A stretch of DNA of 64,000 nt from Spirochaetia bacterium (GTDB taxonomy: Bacteria > Spirochaetota > Spirochaetia > SZUA-6 > Bin103), in assembly GCA_965203905.1 (NCBI GenBank), contig CBDBDQ010000005.1, positions 3,936,001 to 4,000,000 of the forward strand, given 5' to 3'. The notes under the pieces were generated by a model, which did not search any database, had not been told where the DNA came from, and worked only from the letters and a program-made list of their open reading frames with translations. Both the position numbers and the translations under genes were made by a program. Within the stretch, counting starts at the first letter, position 1. Each line of letters begins with the position of its first letter. Shown piece by piece: positions 57,186-64,000 of the stretch.

Positions 57186-58948
57186 GCGAGTTCGCTCCAC
57201 GCAGCGGCAGATCGGGGGCCGGGTTCTGGCAGCTGCTCCGCATCCTGCGCCCTTACTACTGGCTCATGGGCATCACCGTGCTCACGGGCATCCTGAACCA
57301 CGGCTTCATGATCGCCGCCGCCGGGATCGGTGCGTTCATGGTGGGAAGAGTAGCGACGGGGGCGGCGGCTGAAGCGCTCTGGTTCAGCGCCCTCGTGCTC
57401 GGCGGCGTCGTGGCCGGCAGGGCGGTGGCGGCCTGGGCGGAGATGTGGCTGGCGCACGACCTCGCCTACCGCATCCTGGCGGAGCTCCGCATCTGGCTCT
57501 ATCGGGCGCTGGACCGGCTGGCGCCGGGCTCTCTTCTTGACCGGCGCTCCGGCGACCTCTCCACCGCGGCGATGGCCGACGTGGATACCATCGAGTGGTT
57601 CTACGCTCACACGGTGGGGACGTTCATCGTGGCGGTCGTGGTGCCGCTGGGGGCGCTCCTGACCCTCGCGGCGCTGCACTGGCTGCTCCCCCTGGCGCTG
57701 CTCCCCGCGACCCTGGCGGTGGCGACCGTTCCCTTCTGGTTGCGCCAGCGGGCGGCAGCCCAGGGCCGGAGACTGCGAGAGACCCTGGGTTCGCTGAACG
57801 CGGAGGTGGTGGACGGCATTCAGGGACTCCGCGAGGTCGTGGCCTTCGGGCAGGGACAGCGCTTCCTGGAACGGCTGCTCCGGAGCAGCCGGAGCCTGGT
57901 GGGGGCACAGGTCGCCCACGGGCGCAGAGCAGGTGGAGAGCAGGCGGTCACGTCCGTGCTCATCACGCTGGGGATGGTGAGCGTTGTCATCGCCGCAGCC
58001 TACCTGGTGTCCTCCGGCTCCCTCTCGCCCGCGCTCTATCCGGTCGTCATCATCCTTGCCATCTTCATCTTCACGCCGGTGACCAACATCACCGGCATCG
58101 CGGAGAGCCTCGGCGTGGTCTTCGCGGCGGCTGACCGGGTGTTCGCCGTGCTGAACGCGCCCGCACCCGTGCCGGACACGGCGGCGGCGTCGCCCCCAGG
58201 CCCGGTTGAGCCCCGCATCGAGTTCCGGGCCGTGAGCTTCCACTACGCCACCGATCTGCCTCCGGCGCTGGACGCCGCGAGCCTCTCCGTAGCGCCGGGC
58301 GAGAGCGTGGCCCTCGTGGGGCACTCCGGCGCGGGGAAGTCCACCTGCATCCATCTGCTCATGCGGTTCTGGGATGTCACGGACGGCGCCATCACGATCG
58401 GCGGGCATGACGTCCGGGCGTTCCGACAGAGCGACCTGCGCGAGCTCATCGCCTGGGTGCCGCAGGACATCTACCTGTTCAACATGACCATCAGCGAGAA
58501 CATCCGCCTGGCGCGCCCGGATGCCCTGGACGCGGAGGTGGAAGAAGCCGCAAGGGTCGCTCGGGCGCATGACTTCATCATGCGGATGCCCCAGGGGTAT
58601 GAGACCAACGCCGGTGAGCGCGGGGTCCGGATGTCCGGGGGGCAGCGGCAGCGTATCGCCATCGCGCGGGCGGTCCTCAAGGACGCCCCCATCCTGGTGA
58701 TGGACGAGGCCGTCTCCAACCTGGATGCCGAGAACGAGCGTCTGCTCCGGGAGGCGATGGTCCGCGTCCGCGCCGGCCGTACCTCGCTCGTCATCGCGCA
58801 CCGCCTGTCCACCATCCGCAGCGCCGACCGCATCATTGTCCTGGAGAAGGGGCGCACCGTGGAGGCCGGCCCCCATGACTCCCTGCTCACCGCGGGGGGT
58901 GTGTACGCGGACCTGGTCGCGTTCCAGCAGCGGGCCATTCCCTTGTGA
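57182..58948 (+). CDS. Type IV ABC transporter subunit (TMD+NBD), YbtQ/IrtB- or CydC-like
   Basis: GTGA overlap; AHDLAYRILAELR, EWFYAH, GHSGAGKST, MSGGQRQR, MDEAVS. Confidence 0.88.
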   Translation: MSEFAPRSGRSGAGFWQLLRILRPYYWLMGITVLTGILNHGFMIAAAGIGAFMVGRVATGAAAEALWFSALVLGGVVAGRAVAAWAEMWLAHDLAYRILAELRIWLYRALDRLAPGSLLDRRSGDLSTAAMADVDTIEWFYAHTVGTFIVAVVVPLGALLTLAALHWLLPLALLPATLAVATVPFWLRQRAAAQGRRLRETLGSLNAEVVDGIQGLREVVAFGQGQRFLERLLRSSRSLVGAQVAHGRRAGGEQAVTSVLITLGMVSVVIAAAYLVSSGSLSPALYPVVIILAIFIFTPVTNITGIAESLGVVFAAADRVFAVLNAPAPVPDTAAASPPGPVEPRIEFRAVSFHYATDLPPALDAASLSVAPGESVALVGHSGAGKSTCIHLLMRFWDVTDGAITIGGHDVRAFRQSDLRELIAWVPQDIYLFNMTISENIRLARPDALDAEVEEAARVARAHDFIMRMPQGYETNAGERGVRMSGGQRQRIAIARAVLKDAPILVMDEAVSNLDAENERLLREAMVRVRAGRTSLVIAHRLSTIRSADRIIVLEKGRTVEAGPHDSLLTAGGVYADLVAFQQRAIPL

Positions 58949-59208
58949 CCGTCAGTGACCGAATGGTGATCACGGTGCGGAGCCGCAACGCGAAGAAGCA
59001 GGGCCGACGCGCCAGATATGGGTGTTGATCCGTGGTTCCAAACCAGTCCTCTCGATCTTCTGCCCGTGCCGGTGCGGCAGCGCAGCCGCCCACCCCGTCC
59101 CCCGCGACGCCGGCCAGTTCAAGGACGACTAACGCATGACGCGAAGCCGTGACCGGGTGTCGTTACACATTTTCACAGCGGCGTCGACTCCCAACAATCC
59201 TGTGGAAA

Positions 59209-59426
59209 CTACGCATTCCGAAAGTCCCGCCGATCGATGTCCAGCTGTCGAATCGTATCGTAGCGCGAACCGTTCCCACCTTCAGATCGCGGCTACCCCA
59301 ATCCGGAAGCACCGTGGCTCGTTCGGAATTCGAGTTGCGATGAGACTTACGTCCCCGGCGCGCCCGTTCCTGGCATCCGAGCAGCCGAGCAGCGGCAGCT
59401 TCCGCGCAAACCTCTCGATACTTCAC
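59209..59426 (-). pseudogene. hicA: HicA-family toxin, frameshifted
   Basis: Reconstructed VKYREV..LLGCQERARRGRKSHR..ATVLPDWGSRDLKVGTVRA..RQLDIDRRDF*, broken by short duplications. Confidence 0.7.
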
Positions 59427-59429
59427 GCA

Positions 59430-59664
59430 TTTGGAAATCACGGTTTCAAACCACACCGGACCACCCGCAGTTTGTGTCTGTGTTCTTTGCGGCAACACGT
59501 GCCCAAGTTTTCGTAGAACTCGATCACGGCAACCAGAGCGTTCTGTACGTTCTCCATCACGAACTGAAACACCCTCAGGTGATCAACTCCGGCAGCGGAG
59601 GCGACATCACGGTGTAACCGCCCTTAGGTTGCGGAGTCATTACGAGCGGCGCTAATTGGTCCAC
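59430..59664 (-). pseudogene. hicB: HicB-family antitoxin with premature stop and frameshifts
   Basis: AAGGAGG SD; PLVMTPQPKGGYTVMSPPLPELIT* then VMENVQNALVAVIEFYENLG in a shifted frame. Confidence 0.7.
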
Positions 59665-59807
59665 AAGAACCTCCTTGCGTTCCCTCGTCCCCCCCCCCGC
59701 AACGAATCGCCTCTACGGTACCCCCTAGGCGGGTAGGTTGACACCGCAAGCACAGTCGCCAGCCGTAGATTGCGCGCGTGCCGGACGATACGCCCTGCCC
59801 GCGCCGC

Positions 59808-60387
59808 GCAGCGCCACGCTGCCGCTGCTGTTCCGCCTACTACGGGCGCCGCTGGCGGCAGGGGCTGACCTGATCACCCGCTACGATCCGCTCGACCCTG
59901 AGGGCAAGCCGCAGCCGCCGGCGGGCGGCCGGTTTCCCCTCGGTACCGACGAGATCGGCCGTGAGATCAGTCTGGTGATAAGGAGCGTGCTCGCCGGCAA
60001 CGTTCGTGGCCATGCTCGTTACCGTGCTGGTGCTCATCCCGCTTCGTGCGCGTCAGCCACGCGAAAGTGCTCAGCCTCCGCAGCGTGGAGTTCGTGCTTG
60101 CCGCCGAGGCCGCGGGAATGCCACATGGCGCCTGCTGCTAGGCACCATCCTGCGCAACGCCAATCTCCCCGGTGATCGTCGAGGCGGGGCTCAGCTTCCT
60201 CGGACTCGGCGCGGCCGCCTACTACTATGTAGGACAACATGCTCAACACGGGGCTCGGCCACCTTTACTACAACACGTTCTACGCCATCCCGGAGTCGCC
60301 ATCTTCCGCACCATGCTCTCCCTGACATCATCGGCGACTCTCTGCGCGACCGACCTGCGACGCCGGCCAGATCAAGGAAGACAACGC
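59808..60387 (+). pseudogene. Degenerate duplicate of the DppC-like permease gene at 54310-55212
   Basis: Collinear nucleotide similarity (GACCTGATCACCCGCTACGATCC..ATCAAGGAAGACAACGC) with deletions and frameshifts. Confidence 0.85.
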
Positions 60388-60523
60388 TTCGTCTGATCGA
60401 GCTGCACAGTAATGATCGGCTGCCATGGACAGTGGACAGTTGATCCTTGGTCGGGTCTATCAAGTACGAGTACACTGGTCCTGACCGTTCCGGTACTCCA
60501 GTATCGAACATTCGTTGGCACAG

Positions 60524-60562
60524 AGGATACGTGGTTGACAATAGATGTCAACCACGTATCCT
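60524..60562. repeat. Perfect 17-bp inverted repeat with a 5-nt centre
   Basis: AGGATACGTGGTTGACA-ATAGA-TGTCAACCACGTATCCT. Confidence 0.9.
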
Positions 60563-60725
60563 GTACTCCTCATCCCGACAAACGGGAGCACGGATTTCTT
60601 GCTTACGCAGTGGTCCGCCCATACCGCTCTACGCTCGCGACGCCGTCGGTTTATGCTAGCGACCTGGCCAGCAAGCTCGGAGTCACGAAGTAGATATGCG
60701 GACTTCATATTAAACGGAGGGCCCA

Positions 60726-61427
60726 ATGGCTCGGAAAACGTATTTTGTTCTGTTATTTCTTCTGTCATGTATACTTTCTATTTCGGCGCAGACCAAAGGT
60801 GTGCTCTACGTACTAAGTGCTGATCATGTAGTGTATGACACCATAAAAATGGAATCTGGAGAAACAGAAACAAAAAGGTTCGGAGTCGGAAAAGGATCAT
60901 CGTTTAGATTCATGGACATAAAAACGGACCAGTATGTTCTGGAGTTTCGCGAAATTGACTCTGTTTCTCCGGCCGGCCAAAACTGGTTGATGACGGCGCA
61001 CAAAGAAATCTCATTTCTCACGAAGGACGACACAACTCGGCTCTATTCGGTTCACCCAGAGCTTATGGCGGATCATATGTACTACGAGACCGGAATTCAA
61101 GTTTCCATAGGTACGTTGGCTATTCCTTACAAATTTCTATTTGAAGGGAAAATGGTACCAGGTGGCACGGCAGGGGCATCCTTAGGAGTGAAGTACATCT
61201 TTAATCCGTCGTATACGATAATCGGGGGAGTAGCCCCAGGAATTGGATATGTTTCCGATGACAAAGGTGAGCATGCAGCGTTTACCATAGCTGGTTTTTT
61301 GGGTGCACAGTTTGGTCCTTCTGCCCAAGCTGCAGTAGTCATAGGGACGGATATCTTAGAGGACTACAGTCATCACGGGAAATTCTGGATTTCTTTGGCA
61401 GTTGGCGTCGAGTTATTCAGTCTTTAA
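60726..61427 (+). CDS. AT-rich hypothetical exported/membrane protein
   Basis: 233 aa; GGAGG SD; N-terminal signal peptide; composition unlike the host. Confidence 0.7.
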   Translation: MARKTYFVLLFLLSCILSISAQTKGVLYVLSADHVVYDTIKMESGETETKRFGVGKGSSFRFMDIKTDQYVLEFREIDSVSPAGQNWLMTAHKEISFLTKDDTTRLYSVHPELMADHMYYETGIQVSIGTLAIPYKFLFEGKMVPGGTAGASLGVKYIFNPSYTIIGGVAPGIGYVSDDKGEHAAFTIAGFLGAQFGPSAQAAVVIGTDILEDYSHHGKFWISLAVGVELFSL

Positions 61428-61808
61428 GAAATTGCAGTGAGATGTACAGATGGAGAGTTGTTCTTAAGCAAGAAACATAGGAGGTGAACGGGAGAAGGAC
61501 TTCCGTTACTTTGATCGATACCAACTGGCGTGAGTGTGGCGGTCGTTGTCGCCGCTGATTCCGTACAATCGGAGCCGATTGTTCACGGCATCGAGACCTT
61601 CTTTCGTCACGGCTTGCTACGCACACCCGTCGGCTGCCTGGAACCTTCTGTCGAGTAGTTGAACTAGGTGGCGTTGCAGGCTTACGTGATCTTGAACCGC
61701 TCAACAGGCAAGCATGAAGACACAACAGTGGATCGTGATCGGCGGCTTCGTGTTCCTCGGTACCATGTCCTCGGATTGGCCGTCTGAGCCGACAGTTCCC
61801 GAGGGAGA

Positions 61809-62828
61809 TCAGCGGTGGTGGCAGGCCACCAGGTGATCGCCTGCGGCGCGCGTGGTGAGAGCCGGGTCCTGTTGCTTGCACAGGTCGGTGGCCAGCGGGC
61901 AGCGGGTGTGGAATCGGCAGCCGGGGGGTGGGTCCATCGGGCTGGGCACGTCGCCTTCCAGCGGCGGTTGCTCGGTGCGTGCCGCGGGGTCGGTGTTGGG
62001 TACCGCGGCCAGCAGCGCCTCCGTGTAGGGGTGGAGCGGCCGGGTGAACAGCAGCGCCTTGGGGGCCAGCTCCACGATGCGGCCCAGGTACATCACCGCG
62101 ACCCAGTCGCAGATATGCCGGATCACGCTCAGGTTGTGCGAGATGAACAGATACGAGAGGTTCAGCTCGCGCTGCAGGTCGGCGAGCAGGTTGATGATCT
62201 GGGCCTGGATCGATACGTCCAGCGACGAGACCGGTTCGTCGCAGATCACCGCCTCCGGTTCGGAGGCCAGGGCACGGGCGATGCCGATGCGCTGCCGCTG
62301 GCCGCCGCTGAACTCGTGCGGGTAGCGGTTGCGCTGGGTGACGGACAGCCCGACCTGCTGCAGCAGTTCGTCGATGCGCCGCTCACGGGCGGGACCGCTG
62401 GCCAGCCGGTGCACTGACAGCGGATCCGCCAGTATCGCCCTGACCCGTTTGCGCGGGTCGAGTGAGGAGATCGGGTCCTGGAACACGATCTGGATGTGGC
62501 GCCGCAAAGTGCGGAGCTGGGCGCGCGGCAGGTCGAAGATCGGCTCCCCGCGGAACAGCACCCTGCCGCCGGTGGGCTCGTAAAGGCGCAGGATTGTGCG
62601 GCCGGCGGTCGACTTGCCACAACCCGACTCACCCACCAGGCCCAGGGTCTCGCCCATGGCCAGCGCGAATGAGATGCCGTCCACCGCCTTGATGTTGCCC
62701 ACCACGCGGCGCGGGAAGCCGCCCATCACCGGGAAGTACTTGACCAGGTCGATCACCTGGAGCAGGACCCCACCCTCCGCCGGTGCCGCCCGCGCGGCCG
62801 ACGGTCGCCCGTGCGCGGTGCCGCTCAC
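61809..62828 (-). CDS. oppF: Oligopeptide/dipeptide ABC ATP-binding protein (OppF/DppF)
   Basis: [42 protein letters not shown]; GTGA overlap. Confidence 0.9.
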   Translation of the reverse strand: MSGTAHGRPSAARAAPAEGGVLLQVIDLVKYFPVMGGFPRRVVGNIKAVDGISFALAMGETLGLVGESGCGKSTAGRTILRLYEPTGGRVLFRGEPIFDLPRAQLRTLRRHIQIVFQDPISSLDPRKRVRAILADPLSVHRLASGPARERRIDELLQQVGLSVTQRNRYPHEFSGGQRQRIGIARALASEPEAVICDEPVSSLDVSIQAQIINLLADLQRELNLSYLFISHNLSVIRHICDWVAVMYLGRIVELAPKALLFTRPLHPYTEALLAAVPNTDPAARTEQPPLEGDVPSPMDPPPGCRFHTRCPLATDLCKQQDPALTTRAAGDHLVACHHR

Positions 62829-63979
62829 TGGTCGTCCCGAGCCGGCACGGCAGGTGCGCCGGCTGCCGGGTGCTGCGCGACGTCGTCGAACAGGAGGCAG
62901 CGGGCCAGGTGGCCGCCGCCGGTGTCGTGCAGGCGCGGCTCGCGCTGTTCGCACACCGCGGCGGCCTGGGGACAGCGCGGATGGAAGGTGCATCCCGGCG
63001 GCAGCGCGCCGGCGTCCGGTACCGTGCCGCCGATCGCCTGCAGGCGTTCGATGGCGCCCTCCATGCGCGGCATCGAGTCGAACAGCGCACGCGTGTAGGG
63101 GTGCCGCCGTTCGCGAAACAGCGCGCCAACCTCCGCCTGCTCCACCACCCGTCCGGTGTACATCACCGTGACCCGGTCCACCAGCTCCGCCACCACGCCC
63201 AGGTCATGGGTAATCAGCAGGATCGCCATGGCGCGCTTGCGCGCCAGGTCGCGCAGCAGGTGCAGGATCTGGGCCTGGATGGTGACGTCGAGGGCGGTGG
63301 TGGGCTCGTCCGCGATCAGGAGCTGGGGCCCGCACGACAGCGCCATCGCGATCATCACCCGCTGCCGCATGCCGCCGCTGAGCTGATGCGGGTACTCGTA
63401 CGCGCGCTGCTCCGGCAGCGGCACGCCCACCTGGCGCAACGCATCCACCGCCGTCGCCGCGGCCGCGGCACGCGGCTGCGCCTGGTGCAGCTCCACCGCC
63501 TCCGCGATCTGGTCTCCCACCGGAAACACCGGGTTGAGCGAGGCCATCGGATCCTGGAACACCATGGCGATGTCGTTGCCGCGGATGCGCTGCATCTCGC
63601 GCTCGCTCTTGCGCAGCAGATCCTCGCCGCGGAAGCGGACGGCGCCGCGCTCGAAGCGCCCGGGCGGAACCGGCACCAGGCCGAGGATGGAGAGCGCGGT
63701 GACACTCTTGCCGCACCCCGACTCGCCAACCAGCCCCACGATCTCGCCGTCGTCGACCCGCAGGTCGATGCCGTTGACCGCGCGAATAAGGCCCTCCGGG
63801 GTGCGGAAGGTCACCGCCAGGTTCTGCACCTCCAGCAGCGGCGCCGTCGAGCCGGCCGGCCGCGCTGTCGCGGATCGGCGCGGGAAGGCGACGGTTCCGG
63901 AGACAGTGGCGCGACCGCCTCGCCGGGAGCGGCCGGCTCCCGCGGAGCCGCGGGCACGGAGGTGGCGGGGTGGTGCCAT
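62825..63979 (-). CDS. oppD: Oligopeptide/dipeptide ABC ATP-binding protein (OppD/DppD)
   Basis: [37 protein letters not shown]. Confidence 0.9.
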   Translation of the reverse strand: MAPPRHLRARGSAGAGRSRRGGRATVSGTVAFPRRSATARPAGSTAPLLEVQNLAVTFRTPEGLIRAVNGIDLRVDDGEIVGLVGESGCGKSVTALSILGLVPVPPGRFERGAVRFRGEDLLRKSEREMQRIRGNDIAMVFQDPMASLNPVFPVGDQIAEAVELHQAQPRAAAAATAVDALRQVGVPLPEQRAYEYPHQLSGGMRQRVMIAMALSCGPQLLIADEPTTALDVTIQAQILHLLRDLARKRAMAILLITHDLGVVAELVDRVTVMYTGRVVEQAEVGALFRERRHPYTRALFDSMPRMEGAIERLQAIGGTVPDAGALPPGCTFHPRCPQAAAVCEQREPRLHDTGGGHLARCLLFDDVAQHPAAGAPAVPARDDQ

Positions 63980-64000
63980 CAGTCGCGGGCCCGTACCGTT

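Noticed and set aside
55449-58948. Assignment as cydDC
   Set aside because: No cydAB nearby and the Fur-like operator points elsewhere; left unnamed
61715-61837. Small ORF MKTQQWIVIGGFVFLGTM..
   Set aside because: About 40 codons, no SD, and overlaps the oppF 3' end; at most a gene remnant

Overview
A GC-rich bacterial chromosomal segment densely packed with catabolic and uptake genes. It holds four sulfatase-fold genes (one broken by an in-frame TAA, one with Thr at the catalytic Cys/Ser position), GH2 and DUF5060/DUF4038 glycosidases, a split aconitase X, three SDRs, an enolase-superfamily enzyme, a cyclase-SnoaL fusion, two amidohydrolase-2 proteins, a Rieske ferredoxin, a CoA transferase, a GMC oxidoreductase, a PhyH-type dioxygenase, hydantoinase A/B with a threonine-synthase-like gene, and a CRTAC1/ASPIC-UnbV protein. 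Transporters are one sugar ABC cluster and three peptide-family ABC clusters without adjacent ATPases, a separate oppDF pair, and a heterodimeric type IV ABC transporter behind a Fur-like palindrome. Mobile or decayed DNA includes IS1380 and IS110 remnants, an intact MazEF-type TA pair, a decayed hicBA pair, a decayed duplicate of a permease gene, a REP/BIME-like repeat and an AT-rich orphan gene. No rRNA, tRNA or CRISPR array was seen. The gene content and binding-protein leaders suggest a high-GC Spirochaetaceae-like, possibly sponge-associated heterotroph (inference only). I found no single unmistakable new system. The best leads are the Thr-type sulfatase module, a candidate amidohydrolase-related oxygenase plus Rieske partner, the hydantoinase/ThrC-like pathway and the 55-62 kb plasticity zone. 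All family calls are by motif recognition; no database searches were run.
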